A program made the position numbers and the translations under genes. A stretch of DNA of 64,000 nucleotides from a virus (Duplodnaviria; Heunggongvirae; Uroviricota; Caudoviricetes): the IMG/VR virus record IMGVR_UViG_2740892441_000001. The stretch is one strand, 5' to 3'. Below the pieces are notes generated by a model. It was not told where the DNA came from, ran no database searches, and saw only the letters and a program-made list of their open reading frames with translations. This document shows, one piece after another, positions 50,519 to 58,505 of the stretch (position 1 is the first letter of the stretch; each line of letters starts with the position of its first letter).

Positions 50519-51558
50519 AAAATATCCAATTTGCTCAGATCAAATCCGCCGTCAGTATCGTGGACAATCTTGCAATAAGCAGATACCGACTCTCCCAGGC
50601 TATCGATTTTGCTGGTTTCAGTTGTGCTGGCTGTCCCTTCCATCATTGATGACTTACGGATGAAGTTGCACACGACACCTTTTGCACCCATTGTTTTGAG
50701 GATGTTCTGGTACTTAATGCCTTCTTCATCGTTCTCAATTACGGCGCGGAAACGCACGTAGTTGCCGCGAATTTGGTCATCAGCAACATCATCTTCCAGG
50801 TTAATGAATTTAGGCGCACTGGTTTCGTAGTGACTGAAACTGCCGTCCGGGTTTACGATCATGTAGCCAGCCAGAGATCCAACATCTCCCCAATTTTGAT
50901 GAGTCAGTGCACCGACACTGATAACTCCAGGAATGACCTCTTTGTGGTTGTGGTAATGCCCACTAAGCACGAGACGAAAGCCGATATCCTTTAACTCCTG
51001 CGCATCGATACCGACGTCAGGCATTGTTGGAATGGCTTTGTTAATGGATGTATGGATAACAACGTCATGATTATCACCTTCTACGCTCTTACGTAATGCT
51101 TTCAGATCGCTGATAAGCTCCGCATGATTGTTACGCCAGCTAATCAGGTGGACAGTGACATCACCAATTTTTATTGAGTGTGGGCGTTTTCCACATACGA
51201 TTACCACGCCGATAGAACTCAGCGATGCTGCTGCGTTGGCGCTATATACTGAATCGTTGGTTTCAAGATCGTGATTACCGGCCAGCATTACTACTGTCAG
51301 ATCAAGCTCGTTGATAATCCACTTGTACGTTTCAGTTACGTAATGCAGAACAGAAGGGGACACAGTTCCTCGGACGTGAAATGTATCACCGGCAACCAAC
51401 ATGTACTTACAACCAGCCTTCTTCATGGCGATGGCGGCTTCTTTCGTTGCTTCCAACTGTATTTCAAGTCTGGAGTTAAGCCCCTCAGCGTTCGTCGTGG
51501 AGAACGCATCCCATTTGTGGTAGTGGCAGTCAGAAATGACGCCGTATGGCAAAGTCAT
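50473..51558 (-). CDS. SbcD/Mre11-like nuclease
   Basis: Start set at MTLPYGV; calcineurin-like phosphoesterase motifs (VAGDTFH, LAGNHD, GHYH). Confidence 0.85.
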   Translation of the reverse strand: MTLPYGVISDCHYHKWDAFSTTNAEGLNSRLEIQLEATKEAAIAMKKAGCKYMLVAGDTFHVRGTVSPSVLHYVTETYKWIINELDLTVVMLAGNHDLETNDSVYSANAAASLSSIGVVIVCGKRPHSIKIGDVTVHLISWRNNHAELISDLKALRKSVEGDNHDVVIHTSINKAIPTMPDVGIDAQELKDIGFRLVLSGHYHNHKEVIPGVISVGALTHQNWGDVGSLAGYMIVNPDGSFSHYETSAPKFINLEDDVADDQIRGNYVRFRAVIENDEEGIKYQNILKTMGAKGVVCNFIRKSSMMEGTASTTETSKIDSLGESVSAYCKIVHDTDGGFDLSKLDILCQEILTEAESSEAV

Positions 51559-51784
51559 GTGTTTTTCCTTTGTGGTTATTTTGATACAGATATTAAGTGT
51601 GTTTGAGAGGCGAACAATCCAGATAACACGGCCATTAAGAATGTTCACAGACACATGATTATGGCAAATTCATAGGTAAGTGAATACCTATTTTTATGGG
51701 CAACAAAGATTTCTAGATGTTACAAGCCACTCTATAATCGCAGTCACTTAATGATGACAACCAAACGAAAAAGGAGAACTGACG

Positions 51785-52288
51785 GTGAAACGCGTAATTA
51801 TAGGGACGATGGCCATTGCTCTGATCGGATGCGTACCAAAACCACCTCAAGATGAAAAGTCAGCTGGCGGGTACGTTGATATTTACTCCACTTCAAGCGT
51901 AGCAATTGCCCAAGACAGAGCCGACAAATTGTGTGGAAGCCATGCCTATTATGTCTCTAACGACAATGATTTAACCAAAGTCATGGGTAGATACGCGCCT
52001 TCATTCCCAAAAATCAGGTTCAACTGTGATCTTGAAATGGCCGCTTATCTGGGCAGCAAAGAGGCAAAGGAGATCAAAATGAAACGCATAGAGGAAGCCT
52101 ACAAGGAGATGTACAAGGCCCAATATGAGCTGAAAGAAGTGCGCCGTAAGAACGCTGATCCGAAGAAGCTGGAGTCTTACACAGAACGCGATCCGGACGG
52201 TACTATTCGCAGCTACAGCTTCTTGAATGGCAAGTCGTGCGAATCAATCGTGTACCCAGACGGCACGGGCAAAACGACTTGTGATTAA
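51785..52288 (+). CDS. Putative lipoprotein
   Basis: Signal peptide MKRVIIGTMAIALIGC with lipobox; RBS AAGGAGAA; terminator downstream. Confidence 0.6.
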   Translation: MKRVIIGTMAIALIGCVPKPPQDEKSAGGYVDIYSTSSVAIAQDRADKLCGSHAYYVSNDNDLTKVMGRYAPSFPKIRFNCDLEMAAYLGSKEAKEIKMKRIEEAYKEMYKAQYELKEVRRKNADPKKLESYTERDPDGTIRSYSFLNGKSCESIVYPDGTGKTTCD

Positions 52289-52290
52289 TT

Positions 52291-52325
52291 CTTCAGGAGC
52301 ACCTCGTATGGGGTGCTTTTTATTT
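52291..52325 (+). terminator. Rho-independent terminator (GCACCTCGTATGGGGTGC + TTTTTATTTT)
   Basis: Hairpin and T-run read directly. Confidence 0.7.
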
Positions 52326-52760
52326 TGGGTCGCGAAACAGCATGTCGGCCATTTGCGAGGATTTGACGTAGCACTTTGCCATCATCGGCTGACTAGGGTT
52401 TGATGCGATCATGTCGGACACCAGCATTGACCCATAGCCTTTTCCGCGAAGCTCTTTGACAATACTGACGGCACGGAGTTCAAGTCAAGGTGCGCCAGTC
52501 GGATCGAGTGCGGCACAGAACCAGATTAGTCCTACTTTTTGTCATCAGAACGATGCAGCAGGATGTAGATAAAATGCCCGGAGTATTGGCCCCGCTCGTT
52601 CGTCTTGATTGCCAGTCTGGTCTGCTGCTCAAAGGTTTTACCCCCCCTTTGATGTGAGGATCTCTTCGTAGAAGTGACCTTTGCGTGCGCCGTCCTCGAA
52701 CTCAGCCATGATAAAAGGCATGTCTGTCACAGTTGCTGCCCTTGAATAAAATTCACTCAT
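52326..52760 (-). pseudogene. GNAT-family acetyltransferase remnant with multiple frameshifts (one at a C9/G9 homopolymer)
   Basis: Hand translation gives MSEFYSRAATVTDMPFIMAEFEDG..., then in other frames ...VSIVKELRGKGYGSMLVSDMIASNPSQPMMAKCYVK... (GNAT motif A); homopolymer at ~52644-52652. Confidence 0.5.
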
Positions 52761-52816
52761 GTATTAATCCTAAAAGCCCTCAGTGTCTTTCTAATGCACC
52801 ATATTTTATGCCTCGG

Positions 52817-53479
52817 TTAAACCCTGAGATTACGTTTAAAACGTCTCAGTGGCTTTTTACGCGCTGCGTTTATGCTTATGACGCCAGCTTTTGGACGTGG
52901 GTCAACAAGGTTAAGCTCTTCTTCGCTGTGGTATTCGAGGTCGAACTCACGTTTTACATGTCTGATGTAGATTGCGGTGAGCAGGCTATCTTTGGTCAGA
53001 AAGTGTCCGTAGGATTTGCGGATCACTTCTTCTACCTTCTCGATTTTCTCACCACCCATACAGAGATGATTAAACCGGCTGTGTTTCCGCAACATTTCGT
53101 CTACTGGGCCTGAGTAAACCTTGTCTACTTTCCCAAAACGGATGATTTTCCCTGTGTCTGCGGATACGAGGCAAATCAGCTTGTCTGGTGATAAACGATC
53201 TCGCCACGTCACACCTGAACGGAGTGTGTTGAAGTAGGGCGCATCCAATCCGATGATCGGTTTACGAAATGCGAGCAATGGAACGTACCTGATACAACTA
53301 TTCAAATGAAAGTTCACACCAGCCTTATCAAGTTTAATTCTGGTTTCGTAGATCGGGCACTTCGCCGCTATACCGCAGATATCACAAAGTAACTTCTGCT
53401 TATTCAGGTTGGAATTTGATTCGATAGTGTAGGAGCCGTCCTCAAGACGACGAACCCAGCGCGTGCGTTTTAGATCCAT
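52817..53479 (-). CDS. Hypothetical protein
   Basis: 220 aa ORF with Cys pair CDICG; no family recognised. Confidence 0.5.
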   Translation of the reverse strand: MDLKRTRWVRRLEDGSYTIESNSNLNKQKLLCDICGIAAKCPIYETRIKLDKAGVNFHLNSCIRYVPLLAFRKPIIGLDAPYFNTLRSGVTWRDRLSPDKLICLVSADTGKIIRFGKVDKVYSGPVDEMLRKHSRFNHLCMGGEKIEKVEEVIRKSYGHFLTKDSLLTAIYIRHVKREFDLEYHSEEELNLVDPRPKAGVISINAARKKPLRRFKRNLRV

Positions 53480-53539
53480 AATCGTTTTTTCAGTAGTTAT
53501 TGGCCGATGCTACGATAACTCATTAGGCATACCTTAATC

Positions 53540-54220
53540 TGCATTTGCCTGTTTTACTTATCCCAGTTATCCACTGGATAGATCCAAATAAGAGATCCCA
53601 AGTAAGATCAAATAGAAGATCCAAAGAGATCCCCGATCGCCTCTAGCCGTTGCGGTTACTGGTCTGAAAGGGTGTTGCCATCCACTATGGAGAGCAAAGA
53701 AACCTCTGTAGAGAGCTGAATAACCGCTATGAAGAGTAAAACAACCACTCTGGAGAGCTGTATATATCCACTGTAGAGAGTAGAGCACATTGTCTTTTAT
53801 GGATAACTTAATGACTTAATTCTTCATTAACATACTGATATACATAGATATATTTTAAACTCTACTCTTAGTCATGATTCTTATGTCCTTAAATATCCAC
53901 AGAAGAGTAGAGTTACCTGTTCTTGAAATCCTCTGATTTTTATCCACAGGCCCGATCCAGTAATTCAGATCACAAAGAGAACCAAAGAGACCCATAAAGA
54001 CCCAATAAGATCCCCGCCCACCTCAAACCGTTGTGCCATCTGCCTTCAGACATGATCGATATCCACTATAGAGAGCGAATAATCCACTATAGGGAGCAAA
54101 GCAACCACTATAGAGAGGAGAAAAACCACTATAGACGGTAGGATAACCGCTGTGATGAGTGCTACTATCCACTGTAATCAGCAAAGGCCACCAAAGCCGT
54201 CGAATAACAAGAGACATTTG
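53540..54220. promoter_or_regulatory. Plasmid-type replication origin region: two arrays of 22 bp-spaced iterons, DnaA boxes, GATC clusters and an AT-rich segment
   Basis: Iterons (A/T)TCCACTATAGAGAGC-like at ~53681-53780 (5 copies) and 54061-54182 (6 copies); perfect DnaA box TTATCCACA at 53940-53948 plus near-matches at 53566-53574 and 53893-53901; 6 GATC in 53570-53640, 4 in 53960-54060. Confidence 0.75.
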
Positions 54221-54222
54221 GA

Positions 54223-55278
54223 ATGAGCGAAAACGGCAATAAAAACATAGCGATCGTTGAAGCATTTTCAGAAACAGATAAAAAGACAGGCGAAGTTGTT
54301 ACGTTGGTTCCTAACACTAATAACACTGTTCAGCCTGTTGCTTTGATGCGTCTGGGCCTCTTCGTTCCGACGCTGAAATCGACATCCAGAGGAAGAAAGG
54401 GGCAAATGGTCTCTATGGATGCCTCTGCTGAACTCAAACAGCTGTCTCTGGCAAAAGCCGAAGGGTACGAAGACATAAGGATCTCTGGCCTTCGGCTTGA
54501 TATGGATAACGACTTTAAAACGTGGGTGGGAATAATCCACGCGTTTGCCAAACACAAGGTCGTTGGCGATACTGTCACGTTGCCGTTCGTTGAGTTTGTA
54601 AGGCTGTGTGGCATTCCGACCGCCAGGTCATCAGCGAAGTTACGCAAACGCCTGGACAGTTCGCTAAGCCGTATTGCCACAAATACCATCTCGTTCCGTA
54701 GCAAAGGCTCTGATGAGTTTTACGTAACGCATCTTGTGCAAACGGCAAAATATAGTGTCAAGCACGATACGGTCGAACTGAAAGCAGATCCCAAGATTTT
54801 CGAACTCTACCAGTTCGACAAAAAGGTTCTTCTGCAACTCCGGGCTATAAACGAACTCTCAAGAAAAGAATCCGCTCAGGCGCTTTATACTTTTATTGAA
54901 AGTTTGCCGCCTGATCCGGCACCAATATCACTAGCCCGTTTACGCGCCAGACTTAATCTGACAAGTCGCACTATTACTCAGAATGCGACGGTAAGAAAGG
55001 CTATGGAACAGCTGCGAGAGATAGGATATCTCGATTACACGGAAGTTAAGCGCGGAAACTCGGTCTACTTCGTCATCCACTATAGGCGGCCAAAGTTACG
55101 CCAGGCACAAATATCAACAAAAATCGATAATGATGAGACGGAATATAGCCTCCCAGATGAGAATCAAGATGACATTATCGACGTTGTGCCTGACGAAAAA
55201 GAAGGCAAAATGGTCATGTTGAGTAAAGAAGAACTGGCGCTTCTCGAAGAGTTGCGCAAGGCAAAGACTCGCAAATAG
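54223..55278 (+). CDS. Putative iteron-binding replication initiator (RepA-like)
   Basis: 351 aa gene flanked upstream and downstream by iteron arrays; assignment rests on context, not a recognised sequence match. Confidence 0.65.
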   Translation: MSENGNKNIAIVEAFSETDKKTGEVVTLVPNTNNTVQPVALMRLGLFVPTLKSTSRGRKGQMVSMDASAELKQLSLAKAEGYEDIRISGLRLDMDNDFKTWVGIIHAFAKHKVVGDTVTLPFVEFVRLCGIPTARSSAKLRKRLDSSLSRIATNTISFRSKGSDEFYVTHLVQTAKYSVKHDTVELKADPKIFELYQFDKKVLLQLRAINELSRKESAQALYTFIESLPPDPAPISLARLRARLNLTSRTITQNATVRKAMEQLREIGYLDYTEVKRGNSVYFVIHYRRPKLRQAQISTKIDNDETEYSLPDENQDDIIDVVPDEKEGKMVMLSKEELALLEELRKAKTRK

Positions 55279-55282
55279 CCCA

Positions 55283-55762
55283 ACCACTGTAGTTAGTAGT
55301 AAGGCTCACTATCCACTGTAGTGAGCCTTACTTATATCTGTAATTCGCTATCCACTATAGTGAGTATCGTTATCTGTTGATAACCACTGTAGGCAGTAGA
55401 ATGCAAATACTGAATCAAATGTTAGTGATCACTAACACTGATGAAACAAGGGCTGCGAGGTTAGTGGTCACTGGGTATCTTGGAAAATTTACTGTCTATA
55501 GTGGTTGTTGTCGCCCTCATCTTTGAGCGTATCCACTGTGGCGAGTGGATATCCACTGAAAACAGCAAAGGCTTACTCACCATAGTGGATACCCGCTGGA
55601 CATCTCACTCCAATACTCACCATAGTGGTTGTTTGATGCGAATGAAAGGCTGTCTACTCGCTACAGTGGTTAGCAGATATGTAGGAAGAGAGGACTGCAG
55701 ACCACAGTGGATAATGAGCTGATACGAATGCGGTGAGCTGGCTACTCACCGCAGTGGTTGGT
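55283..55762. repeat. Downstream iteron array in both orientations (incA-like control locus)
   Basis: ACCACTGTAG, ATCCACTGTAGTGAGC, ATCCACTATAGTGAGT, then inverted copies (CACCATAGTGGAT, CTACAGTGGTT, CACCGCAGTGGTT). Confidence 0.7.
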
Positions 55763-55766
55763 GCTA

Positions 55767-55979
55767 TTAGTGTATTTTCTTCAACAGGCCCCAAAGTGTT
55801 CCGGCTTTTGTAGTCAGTTTTCCTGTTTCTGGATCGTACATACGCCATTCACGCCGCTGGTGGACGATATACCCATCTTCACGTTCCAGACGCTCAAGAA
55901 TGCCAGGCTGCTTGAAACCCTTAGCACGCCAGTATCCGCTTGTTTTCTCGATTTCCAGACCTGCCAGTGTTAATGCCAT
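55767..55979 (-). CDS. Hypothetical small protein
   Basis: 70 aa ORF overlapping the next gene's stop. Confidence 0.4.
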   Translation of the reverse strand: MALTLAGLEIEKTSGYWRAKGFKQPGILERLEREDGYIVHQRREWRMYDPETGKLTTKAGTLWGLLKKIH

Positions 55980-56314
55980 TATCCAACCTCCTTGCAGTCA
56001 TCGAAAAGGTAGCTTTGCTGAGAAGCGTGCACGCCATAGAAGCCCTTGTATTTGTTGTATACGAAGTGGTCTTCTCCGACGCCGGTTAATTTGCCATTAC
56101 GGTTTGTGAGATATGGGGATGACAATACTCGATCGTCACGCACAACATAGAACTGGTCGCCGCTGTCTACGACCATCGCTCCATATGGTGCTTTTATGAC
56201 GTCGGTAAGAGCGCCATTCTTAACGTCGGCTACAGACATTTCACACTGATAAACAGTGGTGTCGGCCACAACGATCGAGGAAAGGAACAACAGAGCGAAT
56301 GGGATGGCCTTCAT
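55979..56314 (-). CDS. Small secreted protein
   Basis: Signal peptide MKAIPFALLFLSSIVVA. Confidence 0.5.
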   Translation of the reverse strand: MKAIPFALLFLSSIVVADTTVYQCEMSVADVKNGALTDVIKAPYGAMVVDSGDQFYVVRDDRVLSSPYLTNRNGKLTGVGEDHFVYNKYKGFYGVHASQQSYLFDDCKEVG

Positions 56315-56490
56315 GCTGCCACCTCTTTGATTACATCAAATGCTGAATTAAATACGAGCACGATAGCCAAAGCGTTTATGACTACATCGTTCACCGGGGA
56401 AAAGACTTTACGAATGACACCAGTGAAAATGCAGTCGATGACAAAAGCTATTGACACGATGAGTAACAAGTATTCAATAAAAATCTTCAT
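56314..56490 (-). CDS. Small membrane protein (58 aa), translationally coupled
   Basis: Hand-translated MKIFIEYLLLIVSIAFVIDCIFTGVIRKVF...; stop overlaps start of 55979-56314. Confidence 0.3.
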
Positions 56491-56529
56491 GATAGGTAGA
56501 TACTAACTTATATAAATTTTACTGTAAAC

Positions 56530-56805
56530 TCACTCAAAAGTGCTGATGCTTAAAATACGCTCAAGATGTGCGGCATCTTCATCACTGATTTGTTGAGTCT
56601 CTTCTACGTACCAACAGTTGCCGTTATGCCAACAAACACCATCATCATCAACCATCACTGAATCAGCGTCATAACCTGTATATCCAACGAGAATACGCTG
56701 GATCAGCGCGTCAGTTTCTTCGTCGTTAAGGCCATCGGCTTTGACCATAAAAAGCGGAAACACGTCATAGACAGTGCTGGTAACGATTCGAACTAAAACT
56801 CTCAT
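56530..56805 (-). CDS. Hypothetical small acidic protein
   Basis: 91 aa ORF. Confidence 0.45.
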   Translation of the reverse strand: MRVLVRIVTSTVYDVFPLFMVKADGLNDEETDALIQRILVGYTGYDADSVMVDDDGVCWHNGNCWYVEETQQISDEDAAHLERILSISTFE

Positions 56806-56860
56806 GTGTTTTTCCTTTTGTGGTTAGTGTTTACTTATTTTGTTAGTTATGAATAGGCGA

Positions 56861-57286
56861 TCAATCTTCTTGTTTAGGGAAAAACTGTTCAATAACTCTG
56901 TCAACGGCTGTGTCTATATGGAGTAGATGCCACACAACCATATCTTTGCTTCCCATGCCTTGTGTGAATATCACGTCATACTTACGCCATGCGCAGTGGA
57001 ACCAATATGCTGAGTCATCAATTGGTAAATCCTCTCCCGCCTCTTTGAAGTATTTCAGCAGCATTGCTTGCTCTGCCGTTGGCGTTGGGCCTATTTCCTG
57101 AGCGTACATACGGATAAATCGCTGCCAGTCTGTCTCGTCGGGGGTTGGATCTGGTGGGGTCATTTCTGCGATAGCGTTTCGTAGCTGATGTGCCCAATCA
57201 GGTTCAGGAAAGCCTTTTGATACTTCATCATCAATAACATCCAGAGCCACGTTTGCGGCATCGTAGAGTTTCTTAATAGCTGTCAT
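56861..57286 (-). CDS. Hypothetical protein
   Basis: 141 aa; conserved promoter element at 57302-57335 upstream. Confidence 0.5.
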   Translation of the reverse strand: MTAIKKLYDAANVALDVIDDEVSKGFPEPDWAHQLRNAIAEMTPPDPTPDETDWQRFIRMYAQEIGPTPTAEQAMLLKYFKEAGEDLPIDDSAYWFHCAWRKYDVIFTQGMGSKDMVVWHLLHIDTAVDRVIEQFFPKQED

Positions 57287-57333
57287 GTTTTCTTATCCTT
57301 TTAAACAAATTGTTTTCTTAATAAGATAATTGC

Positions 57334-57361
57334 GATAAAAAAGGCGTCCAACTGGACGCCT
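57334..57361 (-). terminator. Rho-independent terminator (AGGCGTCCAGTTGGACGCCT + TTTTTT)
   Basis: Hairpin plus T-run on minus strand after SPFH gene; same stem family at 58481-58500 and 62081-62098. Confidence 0.75.
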
Positions 57362-57377
57362 GAACTTTTTAGGGGAG

Positions 57378-58208
57378 TTATTTCACTGTAATGAAAGGAG
57401 TGTTAGCCCCTTGAGTCATGTACTGCGGTAACTGGCCATTCCATTTATTGATGGCTTCCAGTTCCATAACGTTCGGGTTTTGACGCAGAGCTTCACCGCG
57501 CAGACGAATGGCGTCTGCTTCTGCTTGCGCACGAGCACGGATAGCATCAGCTTCACCATTAGCCTGTTCACGTAGCATATTCGCCTCAGCTTTACGTTGT
57601 TCAACTTCCTGCTGACGTTGCAGAGTACGCTGGTTAGCCGTTACTTTGGCGTTAATAGATTCAATGACAGTTTTTGGGTAATCAGGCTTTCCAACCCATG
57701 ACAGGCTCAGTACCTCAATACCAACCGGAGACATCTCTTTCTGAATATCTTTCAGTGCGTTGTCCAGCAATTGTGCCTTACCACCGTCGATAAATGAGTC
57801 AGTGGTCATACGGCTGGCCAAACGGTTTAGAGAGTCGGCAATTTTCTGACGCAGATCTGATTCGGTGATATCGTCTACGCCTTTGCGATAGGTCTGGAAC
57901 ACCGTAGTTACCTTGTCACGATTAACCAGATACGCAACGCCAATTTTGTGACCAATAGCAGTACCGTCACTCATCTGGAATGTGAACGGCTCGTCGTAGG
58001 TCTTCATTTGTTTGAAGGTCGGGAATACGTAAAGTTCGGTGTTAAGACCTGTCCATTGGCGACCAACGCCAACCACTTCACCAATCCCTTTGTCTTCACC
58101 TAATTTGTTTACTTTGATGCCAACGTATCCAGGCTCAACGCGATCGCAGCCAGTAAGACCCATTGTGCAAATAGCCGCCAGAGCAACTGCAAGTAAACCT
58201 TTCTTCAT
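57378..58208 (-). CDS. SPFH/band-7 (stomatin/prohibitin-like) lipoprotein
   Basis: Lipobox LTGC after signal peptide; SPFH-like core and C-terminal Ala/Arg/Glu/Gln-rich coiled coil. Confidence 0.75.
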   Translation of the reverse strand: MKKGLLAVALAAICTMGLTGCDRVEPGYVGIKVNKLGEDKGIGEVVGVGRQWTGLNTELYVFPTFKQMKTYDEPFTFQMSDGTAIGHKIGVAYLVNRDKVTTVFQTYRKGVDDITESDLRQKIADSLNRLASRMTTDSFIDGGKAQLLDNALKDIQKEMSPVGIEVLSLSWVGKPDYPKTVIESINAKVTANQRTLQRQQEVEQRKAEANMLREQANGEADAIRARAQAEADAIRLRGEALRQNPNVMELEAINKWNGQLPQYMTQGANTPFITVK

Positions 58209-58211
58209 TAC

Positions 58212-58412
58212 TTACTTCTCCTTCGAATTGATGAGTGACTTTAGAAACTTACGACCTGCAATAAACCCGATCACAGGAGCACCAAAAGCAACGATGATTC
58301 CAAGCATTACGGCAATGTCGCTTTTAGCAGAGATCAGCGACGGAACCAGCAAACAGTAGATGAAAACTACAGATAGACCTGTAACTACTGCCATAAGATA
58401 GAGTTTGATCAT
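58212..58412 (-). CDS. Small two-helix membrane protein upstream of the SPFH gene
   Basis: 66 aa hydrophobic; 4 nt upstream of the SPFH gene. Confidence 0.5.
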   Translation of the reverse strand: MIKLYLMAVVTGLSVVFIYCLLVPSLISAKSDIAVMLGIIVAFGAPVIGFIAGRKFLKSLINSKEK

Positions 58413-58471
58413 GTGTTTTCCTATGTGGTTATTGTGTGCTAATGATAAGTAAGTACTTATACATTTTCAAC

Positions 58472-58500
58472 ATACAATAAAGGCGTCCGTTTGGACGCCT
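58472..58500 (-). terminator. Rho-independent terminator (AGGCGTCCAAACGGACGCCT + TTTATTGTAT)
   Basis: Hairpin plus T-rich tail after recombinase gene. Confidence 0.7.
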
Positions 58501-58505
58501 GATAA

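Noticed and set aside
54081-54098. T7-promoter-like core (CACTATAGGGAG) suggesting a phage RNA-polymerase promoter
   Set aside because: The sequence is one unit of a regularly spaced iteron array whose other copies diverge from the T7 consensus, and no single-subunit RNA polymerase gene is present in the window.
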